Below, piece by piece: positions 1 to 11,222 of a DNA stretch of 64,000 nucleotides. Every line of letters starts with the position of its first letter. The first letter of the stretch is position 1. Source of the stretch: Mantamonas sphyraenae STR306 (lineage: Eukaryota > Protista > CRuMs); NCBI GenBank assembly GCA_026936335.1, contig JAPMXV010000005.1:336636-400635 (forward strand), read 5' to 3'. A model generated the notes under the pieces. That model was given only the letters and a program-made list of their open reading frames with translations, did no database searches and was not told the DNA's origin. The position numbers were made by a program, and so were the translations under genes.

Positions 1-624
1 CTGGCCGTAGGCAAGAACAACGTGGCGTTCATGTGCCTGTTCCTGCGCTCGCGTCTGGACGAGTGCATCAAGCTGCTGTGTGACACAGAGCGCGTGCCCG
101 AGGCAGCGTTCCTTGCACGCACGTACAAACCGTCCAGCGTGAGCGCAATTGTGAGCACGTGGAAGGCGGCGCTTGTAGAAATCAACGAGCGGGCAAGCGA
201 GTCTTTGGCTGACCCGCAGGAGTACCCCAACCTGTTTCCGGATTGGGACTGGGCGCTGTTGGCCGATCGTCTGCTGAGCGAGGAGCGTGCGGAACCGGTC
301 AGCGCACTTCACTACCCGGACTACTACACAGACCTTGACCGACAGGTGATTGCAGAGCTGAAGGAGCAGGCGCTCAATGAGCAGTACACGCACGACGCTG
401 GGGAGATGGAGGACGGCGAGGCTGGAGACGAGGCTGGCGGCGACGCGGACGATGTCGAAGCAGTCACCGCACAGGATGGAGGCGTTGATACGTCTGTCAA
501 CGAGGGCGAAGAGGAAGGTGATGGCGGAGCCGAGGATGCAGGTGAGGAGGAGGCGGTGGACGAGGCCGACGCGCTGGCCGCCGAGCTGGAGCTGGATCTG
601 GAGGGGGAGGACGACGAGGCTTAG
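1..624 (+). CDS. COPB2: Coatomer beta' subunit (COPI), 3' portion; gene begins upstream of the window
   Basis: Frame open from base 1: KNNVAF...LDECIKLL...RVPEAAFLARTYKPS...ASESLADPQEYPNLFP matches the beta'-COP/Sec27 C-terminal solenoid, followed by an acidic tail. Confidence 0.93.
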   Translation: MAVGKNNVAFMCLFLRSRLDECIKLLCDTERVPEAAFLARTYKPSSVSAIVSTWKAALVEINERASESLADPQEYPNLFPDWDWALLADRLLSEERAEPVSALHYPDYYTDLDRQVIAELKEQALNEQYTHDAGEMEDGEAGDEAGGDADDVEAVTAQDGGVDTSVNEGEEEGDGGAEDAGEEEAVDEADALAAELELDLEGEDDEA

Positions 625-729
625 GCAATTTTTGGGACACGACGAATGAAGGTTGGTTTGGCAAAAACTAGGTGAGACTCTTGCGCTTCGTGCGAAGACG
701 GAGCAAAAGAAAGCGTGGCGTTCCCCTCG

Positions 730-3700
730 ATGAGCAGCACCAAGCATCCGCCCCCGGACGCGTTCAATCGAGCAGGAACGGTGCGCAACGCCCACGCAGT
801 GCTGAGCAAGGGCAGACGCACGGGGAAGTCGAGTGGGACAAGCAGTGGTGGCGGACAGCAGAGCCAGCAAAGGAGCAAGCGAAGGGTGCCGATTGCCACA
901 AACTACCACCGGCAAAACACGCTGCACAACGTGATTGCGCCTGAATTTCCCTTTCTTCAAGAGGAATTTGACCGATTGGATGCAGGCGACAAATTTCTTC
1001 AGGGTGGCGGCAGCAGGATGCGCGGGAATGGGTCCAGGAGCCGGGTGTCGTCGAGCAGCAGCTCGGTGCTCGGGGAGACGCTGGAAGAACTGCTGCACAG
1101 CAACGAGCGGCTGTACGGCAACACGCCAGGGGAACCCATTTACCAGATGGAGGGAATGTCGTCTGAGCAAATGATGGCTGTGCAGGCAGCACGAATGACG
1201 TCTGCGCGGAAGAACAAAGGCGAAGGCGAAACGGATACCACCAATGTACGGGTGGTGAACCTGGTGATGGACGAGGAGAAGAGACACACAAGCAAGAGGA
1301 GTGGCAGCAGCAAGGATGGGAAGCGCACAAGCAGAGCACAAAGTAGCGGGGATAGCATGCGGGCGCTGAGCGTGGTGTCAAGTCAGTCGTTGGGCAGGCG
1401 GCACCCAACGGACAACGACAACGACGAAGACGACGACAAAGAGGCTGCGGAGAAACGCACCGGCCACAAACGTCGCCCTCACACCTCCCATGGATCTCGG
1501 AACCCTCCACGTAGTACGTTTGCAGCAAAGCCAAGCTACATGGAGAAGAAACGAGGCGGGAGTGCAGCGCGGCAAAGGCAACGGCGCGCAGTCGCCGCTG
1601 CATCGGACTCGGACAAGAAACGGATCAATGGACGTGTTCCATCGGCCACAAGGCGCCTGGAGGGGTTGCAGGAGGAGGGAGACGGGCCTGGAATGCGGGA
1701 GGGGTCGCTGGAGCTGCGAAACGAGAGCGAGAGCGAGGACGAGGACGTGAGCGAGCTGGACATGCTGGACGACGACCACTCGTTGGCAATGGACTGGGCA
1801 GACGGCCAGATGAGCAGCACCACGCGTGAGAACAGACATGAAGAGATTCACAGGGATGCGGCGTCGTCAACACGGCAAGGAGGGCGAGTGGAAGTGATTG
1901 ACGAACGCACAGCAGACAGACACACGGGAGCGCGACATGGCGTGGTGCACCGCAAGGTGGGCCATCGCAATGCAGCGACCAAGCTGTCGCGCAAAGCAGA
2001 CAAACTGGATTTGGTGGCGTCCGGCGATGGGACGTCGAGTTTTGGCATCCATCCAGACCTGGCCGAAGCAGCGGCGCTGGGCAAGTCGTTCAAGACCACG
2101 CACGAGTTTGGACGCCGTCCGAAAAAGACAAGTGGCGATCTGAGCTTCCGCTCAGACGCGGGGGGCAGCATTGCACACCAGGAACAGCTGCGCAGGGAAA
2201 GACTGTCTGTGGTGAGCCGCGGCGGGAGCGGCGCACGATCCAATCGGACAGAGACAGAGCACGATGTGCTGCATAGCACAACGGCACCTTTGTCGCCAAG
2301 ACGCAAGTATGGAGAATTGGGAGAGCAGATTGCGGCGTCTCTGGGCATAGAGAGCACAAACATGGCGAACGTAAGCCCAAGGCGGCCTGGAGATGCTGAA
2401 CGTGGTGACGGGACGCGAAGTACACATGCACAACAGAGACAGGAAGTGAAGCATCGGCTGCGTGAAGATTGGCTGCTGAGTACGGTGGAGGAAGGAGACA
2501 TGGAGGAAGAGCTGGACGGATTTGTGTACGGGGTGCTTGGAGCATTTGGGTCTGCAGAGGGATCACGCGTGGAGGCGCCTGTGATTCCCGAGTCTCGCAT
2601 TCCGCAGCAATACCACAAGCTCAAGAGCCAACCAAGTGTGTTTTCCAGCCAGGTGCTGGGCGAGACGAGCCGAGTGGTGTTTGACGAGGAGACACGTCTG
2701 TTTCAGTCGGCAGCGTTCCCGTCGAGCAAGCCATCGGGCAGAATGGAAGTGCTGGAGCTGACGCGTACGCTTGGAAAGATGCTGCGCAAGGTAACGCCTG
2801 CAGAGTTTACAACGCAGGCGAGCGAGCAGGAGTCGACGGTGGCGCTGTACACCTTTGAGGAGCTGTTTGGCGAGGAGCTGCATGTGCTGGATGTAGTGTT
2901 GTCCGAAGTGGTGCGCCAGGTGTTTGTCAACTGTGTGGAGCGTGGCCTGCTTCTGGAGCACCTGCGGGCGCGTGTGATGAGCATCCAGGCGGTGGTGGCG
3001 AAGCGGTTCAACCGTATGCGGCACGATCTGGAGTACTATCAGCACTTTGAGAAGGAAAGAAAGAGGATGCAGCACGAGATCAAAATGTGGAAGGGTGGGT
3101 ACAAGGAACTGCGGCACGAATACGACCGCCTGATGCGTCGGTCGGACAGGCTGGAGGAGACGCTGCAACAACAGATGCGAGAGCGGTCGCAGGCCAACCG
3201 ACTGTACCAGCGCATTGTAGAGCTGCGTCGACAGGACCAGGTGGAGATGGCACGTGTGTTGGCGCAGGACTTTGATGTGGATTCGCTTCCGAAGGAGGAG
3301 ATCCTGGCCATTGCGGAGCAGCTCGAGTTTAGTGCCACCAACACACTGGATTTGGGTGTCAAGAACCAAGCAAATGCGGTGCAGTTCCTGATGTCGTTCA
3401 TGTCCAACATGGAGAGACACATCCACTCGCTGGAAGTGCAGCGCAAGCTGCGCAGTGCGAAAGAGCAGGTCGGCAACGCAGACCATAGTGGAGGCTTCAT
3501 TCCCTACAACGCTCGCGAGCTGGTGCAGCAAGTACTGAAGCTCACCCAGCGGCTGAAAGATCTGGTGGAGGCCGGCAAAGACGAGCGTGTGATGAGCAAG
3601 GGCGATCTGCAAAGTGAACTGGACCGACTGAACGAGATTGCACAGCGGGAGGCCAATGGAGAGTTGAAAGCAGAGCTGGCTGCACTGGAGAAACGAGCTC

Positions 3701-5865
3701 GGGAGGAGGCGGAGGAGGCGGCGCGAGCGCGGCTGGAAGCGGAGGAGGCAGCGCGGAAAGTGGAAACCGCGGACTTTGGGATGCAAGTGGACATGATGGC
3801 AGAGATTAAGGAGGCGCTGTCGCAGTCGACGGGCAAGAAGAAGAAGAAGAAACTGAGTGGGAACAAGCGGTTGCTTCGGTCATTCAAGACGAACGACGTC
3901 CACATGCAACAGATGCTGCGCAACCACACGGGGGGAGGCATTGAAGTGCGCTCGCGGATGTGGCTGCATCGTTTCATGCGCATGTCGTACACCACGAAGC
4001 GGGCAGCGGATCTTGCCGGCGAAGGGCGCAACAGCACTGAACGCAAGAGCAGCAGCACCGCTGTCGGCTTTGGTGGTGCTGGCCATGGCCTGGTGGGAGG
4101 CACGGGACACCGTTCTCCGTCTCCGTCCCCGTCGCTGTCGCCGTCTCCGTCCCCGTCTCCTGGGCTTCAACGATCAGGTGGAAGCAGCAGCAGCCTAAAC
4201 CTGGCCACTCCAGGCACTTCTGCAGGTGGCGTTGAGTACTCGATTAGCAATGGCAGTAGCAGCAGTGGTGGCGGCGGCGGCGGAAGCGATGGTGGAGAAG
4301 GCACAAGCGGACGCCGAGGTGGACCAGGCAACCCAATGGGCCATGCCACGCTGGCCGAGCATTTCGTGCAGTTCCTGAAGGAGAAGTATGGGTTCCAGAA
4401 GCTGGTGGAGATGAACTGTGCGTTTGTGGTGGCAAGCATCCAGTCGCATCGCGAGAGCGACCCTGCGGTGGAGTTGTACGCGCGGTTCCTTGAGGGCAGA
4501 TTCACGGTGGAGATGATGGATGCGTTTTTCCGTGCATCGGAATTGCTGGATTCGCTGGATGTGGGCAACACATTTCCAGGGTTCGAGGGGGACGACATGT
4601 GCAATCGCTATGTGTGCCTGTACAGGTGCATGGCGGTGAACCAAGAGATCTTTGGGGAGCGCCCTTTTGAAGCAGAAGCGGAGTACATTGCTCGCCTGCA
4701 AGAAAAGGCTGTGCCTGTGGAGGAGAAGGACTACGCGAACGAGCACCACCTGATGTCGCGCAACTTCCAGTTGAAGATCCGCTGGATCGACTTTATGATG
4801 GAGATGTGCGTGGAGTACGAGAATCTGGAGCGCGCGCTGCAGATGTACATCGACCAGCTGTTCCGAGAGTACGACGAGAACGGCGACGGGGTCCTTGAGT
4901 GGGATGAGTTCCAGGAGATCATCACCAACGTGAACGAGAACGTGACACACGCGCAAGTGCGCGAGCTGTGGGAGCGTGCGGTCCAGCTAAACCAACCAGC
5001 GATGAGCAAGTACATCAACCGAGCGGCTTTGCAGGGCTTGGAAGACGAGACACGGTTGTTTCGACGCAGCTTCAAAGTACTGAACGAATTCAAGGCACGG
5101 CAGGAGGAGGCGCGGTCGGAAGAGTTCCAAGAACGCCAGGCCGAGCTGGTGGGCATTGTGATGGAGCATTGGGAAAGCGTGCGAGGTGACTATGCGGCGT
5201 TTGCTGAGCGGTTGCATGAAGAAGGGTTGGACGACCTTCACGTGCGTGCTCTGAACGCACAAATGAGCTTTGAAGGTCTGGTGAAGCAGGAGAACATGCA
5301 TGGATACGAAGTGTATGCGGCATATGTGCGCTTGGTGACGATGTACGGCCACCTTGCTTTTACACGGCTGCAGGAAGAAAAGGCACGTGCTAGCGAGGTG
5401 AATCCGTCGCTACTGCAGCGTGACCTGGACCTGCTGCATGGGATGGCCAACATCAGCAGATGGTACAGCGACGCAGTGATCACGGTGCAGAAGGAGGGTC
5501 TGCAGGTTGTGGAGGCAGCGAAGAAGCGAGAGGGGAAACGAGGAGGCAACGACGAAGACGACGAGAATGATGTGAAGGAGACGTTTGACGAGGAGAGAGT
5601 GCAGGAATTGCAACGACTGGAAGGCTTGTTGCAGCGTGTGCTGGATCCAAAGCGTGGATTTACGCAGGCGGGCCATCTGCGCGAAGTGTTTTCGTTTGAT
5701 TGGAGCATGGTGCAGACGGATGACAGCGAGGAGGAGGAAGAATCCTCTTCGTCGAGACGGAGTTCGGCAAGTGTTTCTCGCAAAGGGTCTGTTTCGACGA
5801 CGCCACGCAAGGGAAAGCGGGCGCGGCGCAAGAGCAGTGTGAGCGGGAAACCGCCGCGAGGATGA
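730..5865 (+). CDS. Axonemal dynein light chain domain protein (AXDND1-like) with coiled coil and C-terminal EF-hand region
   Basis: FPSSKPSGRMEVLEL and EVVRQVFVNCVERGLLL resemble AXDND1/p28-type motifs; long coiled coil; canonical EF-hand DENGDGVLEWDEF. First ATG at 730 (ORF open from 715). Confidence 0.7.
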   Translation: MSSTKHPPPDAFNRAGTVRNAHAVLSKGRRTGKSSGTSSGGGQQSQQRSKRRVPIATNYHRQNTLHNVIAPEFPFLQEEFDRLDAGDKFLQGGGSRMRGNGSRSRVSSSSSSVLGETLEELLHSNERLYGNTPGEPIYQMEGMSSEQMMAVQAARMTSARKNKGEGETDTTNVRVVNLVMDEEKRHTSKRSGSSKDGKRTSRAQSSGDSMRALSVVSSQSLGRRHPTDNDNDEDDDKEAAEKRTGHKRRPHTSHGSRNPPRSTFAAKPSYMEKKRGGSAARQRQRRAVAAASDSDKKRINGRVPSATRRLEGLQEEGDGPGMREGSLELRNESESEDEDVSELDMLDDDHSLAMDWADGQMSSTTRENRHEEIHRDAASSTRQGGRVEVIDERTADRHTGARHGVVHRKVGHRNAATKLSRKADKLDLVASGDGTSSFGIHPDLAEAAALGKSFKTTHEFGRRPKKTSGDLSFRSDAGGSIAHQEQLRRERLSVVSRGGSGARSNRTETEHDVLHSTTAPLSPRRKYGELGEQIAASLGIESTNMANVSPRRPGDAERGDGTRSTHAQQRQEVKHRLREDWLLSTVEEGDMEEELDGFVYGVLGAFGSAEGSRVEAPVIPESRIPQQYHKLKSQPSVFSSQVLGETSRVVFDEETRLFQSAAFPSSKPSGRMEVLELTRTLGKMLRKVTPAEFTTQASEQESTVALYTFEELFGEELHVLDVVLSEVVRQVFVNCVERGLLLEHLRARVMSIQAVVAKRFNRMRHDLEYYQHFEKERKRMQHEIKMWKGGYKELRHEYDRLMRRSDRLEETLQQQMRERSQANRLYQRIVELRRQDQVEMARVLAQDFDVDSLPKEEILAIAEQLEFSATNTLDLGVKNQANAVQFLMSFMSNMERHIHSLEVQRKLRSAKEQVGNADHSGGFIPYNARELVQQVLKLTQRLKDLVEAGKDERVMSKGDLQSELDRLNEIAQREANGELKAELAALEKRAREEAEEAARARLEAEEAARKVETADFGMQVDMMAEIKEALSQSTGKKKKKKLSGNKRLLRSFKTNDVHMQQMLRNHTGGGIEVRSRMWLHRFMRMSYTTKRAADLAGEGRNSTERKSSSTAVGFGGAGHGLVGGTGHRSPSPSPSLSPSPSPSPGLQRSGGSSSSLNLATPGTSAGGVEYSISNGSSSSGGGGGGSDGGEGTSGRRGGPGNPMGHATLAEHFVQFLKEKYGFQKLVEMNCAFVVASIQSHRESDPAVELYARFLEGRFTVEMMDAFFRASELLDSLDVGNTFPGFEGDDMCNRYVCLYRCMAVNQEIFGERPFEAEAEYIARLQEKAVPVEEKDYANEHHLMSRNFQLKIRWIDFMMEMCVEYENLERALQMYIDQLFREYDENGDGVLEWDEFQEIITNVNENVTHAQVRELWERAVQLNQPAMSKYINRAALQGLEDETRLFRRSFKVLNEFKARQEEARSEEFQERQAELVGIVMEHWESVRGDYAAFAERLHEEGLDDLHVRALNAQMSFEGLVKQENMHGYEVYAAYVRLVTMYGHLAFTRLQEEKARASEVNPSLLQRDLDLLHGMANISRWYSDAVITVQKEGLQVVEAAKKREGKRGGNDEDDENDVKETFDEERVQELQRLEGLLQRVLDPKRGFTQAGHLREVFSFDWSMVQTDDSEEEEESSSSRRSSASVSRKGSVSTTPRKGKRARRKSSVSGKPPRG

Positions 5866-5922
5866 GTGTGGTGGAAGGACAGACGAAGAAAGTGTTGACT
5901 GAATGCACCTGTGAATTCTCAT

Positions 5923-7931
5923 TCATTGTTTGTCCAAAGCTCCCTCGAGGGCGCGAAACAGGCGCCAGAAGCGCATGCCGTTGCCTCTGCCACGGCGAAG
6001 GTCGAGGACGACATCGTAGTCGAGGGTGCGCACCAGGGCGGCGTCAAAAAGGACAGTGTCGTTGGCGTCTTTGATGACGATGGTGGCGGTGTCCTGATTC
6101 AGGGTTGCTTCCTCGCCGTCGAGGAGGTGTTTGGACAGGGTGAGGAGGACGCGTTGTTGGAGCTCAGCGACGCCCTCAGGGCATGGTAGCGCGATGCGGG
6201 TGGCGCGTTTGGTGACGCCAATGGGAGGAAGGTCTGCCACACCCGGGGGTAGCTCATCGACGTCGACATGAGTTTCGGCGCTGTCAAATATGGCACGGTA
6301 GATGGTTGGGGAGTCGATTCGGTCGACGACGAGGGAGGTGCGTGGCCGGAAGAAGCGAGTGTTGGGCGCCCCACGGAAAGTGACCTGGTCGTCGGTGGAG
6401 GAGAGATTGGCAAGGCTGCCTGCGCTGAGGGAGGTCATACTGACGTAGGCGTTGTCGATGACGTTGGCGAGGGTGGGCCTTGCGTCGTCCATGAGCTCAT
6501 CGTCCATGCTGTAGTCGTGGGCTAGGTCGTCCTGGTCCATCGAGTCTGAAAAGGAGGCCTGATCTTGAATACTGTTACTGTTTCTACTGGAGGAAGACGA
6601 GGAGGAGGTGGTGGAGGTGGAGGAGGTGGCGGAGGCGGACAACGAGACAGAGGTGCTGGTGGTCGTGTCGCTGTCGGTGGTGAGACTGATGGTTTCTGCA
6701 GAGATGATGGTGTGTGTGGACTGCTGTCGAGAGTTGTCACGACGGGCAGAGTGTGCAAGGGTATCCTGGCTGGCAATGGACGGGGTAGAAGTGAGGTCGG
6801 TGGAGATGTGCACCGACTGGGCCGCCGCAGTCCCTGTGTACGACTGTGTGGACGAGGATGCGGACGAGGAGGCGGATGCCAGCCACGGGTGGTTGATGAC
6901 TCCTTCAATGTCTATCCTGCGGCTGGGCAGGGGCTGGAGCATGGCCGTGAGGAGGTCGAGGGCGTCGTCGGAAAGCTCGTCCCGACGGGCGTCTGGCCAC
7001 GGGTACTCGCCGTGGCGGAGGATGTGCTCGTACTCACGAGAGGAGGCGTAGTCCTTACGATCGAGGTCAAACGGATAGCAGCCAAAGAGGCAACAGAAGA
7101 GGATGACGCCAGCAGCCCAGATGTCGGTGGGCGGCCCCTCGTAAGGCACCTTGTTCTGGGCACAGTTGAAGATTTCCGGGGCCGCGTAGAAGCGAGAGCA
7201 GGAGCTTGCAGAAATGGTTTGGCCAGGCTTGACCTGCTGGGCAAGGCCAAAGTCACACAGCTTGACGACGTCCTGAGCGTCAAGGAGGACGTTCTCCAGC
7301 TTCAGGTCGCGGTGCACCACGCCTCGCGAGTGGCAGTATGCCACGGCGTCCACAATCTGGCCAAAGAAGTGGCGTGCTGTGTCCTCGTCGAGTCCGTGCT
7401 CTCCCACTGCTCGCACACGAGAGGGTCAGATTTCGGCGGATTGGGGGATTTGGACGACGATCACCAGAAAAAGGGCGCGGCGGGCTACAACACAGGGCCA
7501 CACAGACCGCGGGATGGCCAGGGCGTACAGATTGGGAAGTAGGGGGTGAGAGGGAGCAACGTACCGACGCGGTTGTACATTTCGCCTCCGGTGGCGAGCT
7601 CGAGCATGAGGTAGACGTTTGTGTCGTCTTCGGCGCAGTCGAGGAGGGCGAGGATGTTGGGGTGGTCCAGCTCCTTCTGGATCTGGATCTCCTTGTTGAT
7701 GTCGAGCTTCTTCTTGATGATGGCTTGCTTGTCGATGACCTTCATGGCCACGTGACGGTGCGGGTGGTCCCTGCTGAGGTTCTGGGCGGTGGCCATGACG
7801 ACCAGGCCGTAGAAGCCTTCGCCCAGGAAGTCCCTGATGGGGAACTCTCCGTCTGCAGTGCGCATGGTCTTTTCGGAGCGCGCCGACTCGTGCACGAGGT
7901 AGGTGCAGTTCTGGGACTGGATGGTCGGCAT
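5923..7931 (-). CDS. CAMK-group Ser/Thr protein kinase, 2 exons (7931-7565, 7406-5923), ~616 aa
   Basis: GEGFYGLV, VAMK, HRDLKLEN, DFG, YAAPE, DIWAAG. Intron 7564-7407 (GTACGT...CTGAC...CAG) joins the two ORFs in frame. Confidence 0.92.
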
Positions 7932-8006
7932 GGGCAGGGCAAGTTGGTGGCGGCGGGGCAGGCGCCCCAGAGGCCAATCAATCTGACATCATCAAACAAA
8001 AGGCCA

Positions 8007-10095
8007 ATGCATCGAAACCCGTTTGAGTCACTGTCGCCGCGGAGCCATGGCAGCTCGTACAGTGGTGGTAGCAGCAGTGGACGGTGGAACCCATTTGCCT
8101 CGGGAGACGAGCAGGAGAACTCGGCTCCGAACAAACGACGCGGCAGGCGGGAGGTGGATGATGTGGGACGTCGATTGGCGGTGGTGAAGGAAGCTCCCAT
8201 GCAGCAACGACGCGGGGTGCTGAACCGCAGCGGGGCTTCGGATCTGGAAAGCTCGTTTGTTGCGGCGCTTTCGGAATCGCGCCAAGCCGCGACCCTGTCT
8301 CAGGAGAGCGGGGCCGGGAACGGGCACGTGAACCAGCTTCTGAGCAGCACACATGCATCTGTATCCCCAGAGCAGACACAGGGCAGTAGGTCACTTTCAC
8401 TGTCGCTGGGAGAAGTGAACGGTGACGAGGCGGCGGGAAACGTGCCAACGGTTCGCGCGGGGAACGGATTCCGCAAGTTCACCACGGAGACGACGGCAGA
8501 TGAGATGCTGGCACGATACCAGCATGACGAATCGCAGCTGGATTTGTTGATGGCCGACGCAGGGGACATGACAAAGCTCATGCAGCCGCGGGCAAGCAGC
8601 AACAAAGTGCAGAGCCGACACTATGGTGAGTTGTGTGTGGGCGCGAGGCAAAAGGCAGAGTCGGGGAGGGAGATGGGCCTGTTCTGACACGTGCGGACAC
8701 TGCATGTTTGTGTACGCTGTAGCGTCCATCAACACGGTGGATGCCATCTTTAGCGACCTGCAGCAGACAAAGGACGAGCTGCTGCGGGAAGAGAACCGAC
8801 TTGGGCGGGAGCGACGCAAGAAGCGGAACGAACTGCGAGACGTTGAAATGGAGCTGGCACGGCTGGAAGACAAACGAAGGCAGCTGCAGCACAATATCGA
8901 AACGCTTGGGGCACGGGAGGAGGTGATGCGTGGACAGATCGAACACGTCGAAACACAAATCGAACAGATCAGCGTGCAGAGCAAGGCATACGAAAAGCAG
9001 GTGAGAACGATCAAGGCACACGTGGATGAGGTGCGTCAGGAAGTAGGTGCCAAGGGTGGGGCACTGGAAATGAGCCACAGCAGCAGCGGATCGTCGTCGT
9101 CGTCGTCGTCGTCGTCGGTGGCGTCCGGGTCTGCGGCTGCACGGGCCATGAATGACAGCATGAGTGCTGCGCGGACGTTCAACAACAGCTCGCAGACCTG
9201 GGAGGGCCACGAGGGGGTAGTGATCTGCGGAAAGCTGCTGGGCAAGCAAGCAGTGTCTGGAAGCACAGACGGGACGGTGCGACTGTGGGATGTGAGCAGC
9301 GGGGAGGAGCTGGCAGTGTTGGAACTGGACTTTGAGTTGCGTTGCCTGGATGTGGACCACAACACGTTGGTGTGTGGAGGCGGAAACGGAGACAAGGGCA
9401 TCGTGGAGGTGTACGAGGTGCGTGGAGAGGGAGAGCAGGAACGGGTGGCTCGTTCACAGCGGCTGGAGGGACACAGTGGGGCAGTGAGCTGTGTGCAAGT
9501 GAACCAAGGGATGGTGGTAAGCGGATCAATCGACAAGACGGTGCGGGTTTGGGAGCTGGAGTCTGGCAAGTGCAAGCAGACGCTGGGTGCGCACAAGGGT
9601 GTGGTGACGTCTCTGTGGTTCGAAGACCATGCACTGGCTACGGCTTGCTCGGACGGATGGGTGCGACTGTGGGATCTGAACGACGAAGAGGCGCAAGAGC
9701 CGACGCGCAAGTTTTACCACCAGCAAAGCATCTCGTCACTGAAAATCTACAGGGATGACCACACGATGCTCATGGTGACTGCTGCGAATCTGGATGACCA
9801 ACAACGTGGAGGAAGCATCAAGATTTGGGACATGGTACCGTCGAAGGTCAAGTGCGTGCATCACATCACACGCATCGGCATTGTGCGAGACATGCGCGTG
9901 GGGGCACACGAGCTTGCGTTCACAGCCGGCGATGCCATTCACTTTATCTCGTTGTCCTCCTTCCGTCCGGTGGCCCACTACTGGGCACACGACGGCGCGG
10001 TGCACTTTATCGACGTGGACGAGGCAACGCACCGGATGGTCAGCGGCGGAGTGGATGGTTCTGTGCGTTTCTGGCGGCTGAGACACCGCACCTGA
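8007..10095 (+). CDS. Protein with disordered N-terminus, coiled coil and WD40 propeller, 2 exons (8007-8625, 8723-10095)
   Basis: Repeated GH...SGSxDxTVRLWD motifs; heptad-rich segment. Intron 8626-8722 (GTGAGT...CTGAC...TAG) restores the frame. Confidence 0.85.
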
Positions 10096-10166
10096 TTGTG
10101 GGCCAGTTGAGGATGGCATGGAAACAGGAATGAAACAGCGCTGCCGCATCCACCAAAAGGAGGACG

Positions 10167-11141
10167 ATGGTGAGTCGGGCGGACGCACTCAGGCCGGCGT
10201 ACGAGGCGTTGAAACAACTTGCAAACGTGGAGGATAGAACGTTGTTGCTCTCGATTGCATTTCTGTTGCTCGTCTTGTCCATCATGGCGTTGACGGTGGT
10301 GCTTTTGGACCGGTGCCACAAACACGACAACGAGCGGGCGCAGGAGACGAACGGAGAACAGCCGCAGAGAGAAGTTCAGGGCAAGGGAAAGGTTAAACAA
10401 GGTGAGATGGACGGCGCAGGGCCAAGTGCGGGACCGTATATGCTGGCCAACCCATTGTATGTGAAGAACCACGTCAAATTGTTTTTGATCCGCCACGCCC
10501 AGAGCGAAGTGAACGTCGACCTCACGGTGCACAAGCGCATCTCGGACGTGCAGGTGCACCTGAGCAGCAAGGGTCACCAGCAAGCAAAGGACATGGCGGA
10601 AGCACTGCCTGCCATCCTGGAGGCGCAAGTGGCAGGCAAGATTGGCATTGTGGCCTCGCCGTACACACGGACACGCCAGACGTGCGAATACGTTTCCAAG
10701 ACGCTCCGACGGGAGCAGCATCAGAGTTCGTTTGAGGTGGTGGTACAGCTGGAGAATCTACTGCTGATTGAACAGCGGTGGGGCCTGTTTGAGGGCGTTT
10801 CATGGGAGGAGCGGGCTGAGCTCTTCCCGGCACAGTATGCGCACTTCACAAAGCACGAAAACTATCGCAACACATTCTACGCAAAGCCTCCACAGGGAGA
10901 CTCACGGTTTGACATGGCTGTTCGAGTGCGGCTGGCCATCCGAGAGCTCCTGGATGTGGCGCAGTTTCACGGCCTTGACTCGCTGGTGGTGGTGTGCCAC
11001 AGCAACACGCTGCGCTCCATTGTGCTCAATTGGTGTGACTATTCGCCCGAGTGGCTGAATACGTGCGTACACCCGCGCAACTGCTGTGTGTGGATGTTGG
11101 ACGGGTTGCGCGACAGAGGGCTGGTGTTTGAGGGATTCTGA
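10167..11141 (+). CDS. Histidine phosphatase (phosphoglycerate mutase superfamily, Det1-like) with N-terminal TM segment
   Basis: LIRHAQSEVN, SPYTRTRQT, EQRWG, GDS and VVCH motifs; hydrophobic segment at about aa 25-47. Confidence 0.85.
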   Translation: MVSRADALRPAYEALKQLANVEDRTLLLSIAFLLLVLSIMALTVVLLDRCHKHDNERAQETNGEQPQREVQGKGKVKQGEMDGAGPSAGPYMLANPLYVKNHVKLFLIRHAQSEVNVDLTVHKRISDVQVHLSSKGHQQAKDMAEALPAILEAQVAGKIGIVASPYTRTRQTCEYVSKTLRREQHQSSFEVVVQLENLLLIEQRWGLFEGVSWEERAELFPAQYAHFTKHENYRNTFYAKPPQGDSRFDMAVRVRLAIRELLDVAQFHGLDSLVVVCHSNTLRSIVLNWCDYSPEWLNTCVHPRNCCVWMLDGLRDRGLVFEGF

Positions 11142-11222
11142 CAGGTTGGGATGGCAAATGAACTCGCCATGATGATAGCAGATGTGAAAAGGTGATAAGG
11201 ATGGGTTCCGCCATTGGAGTTT

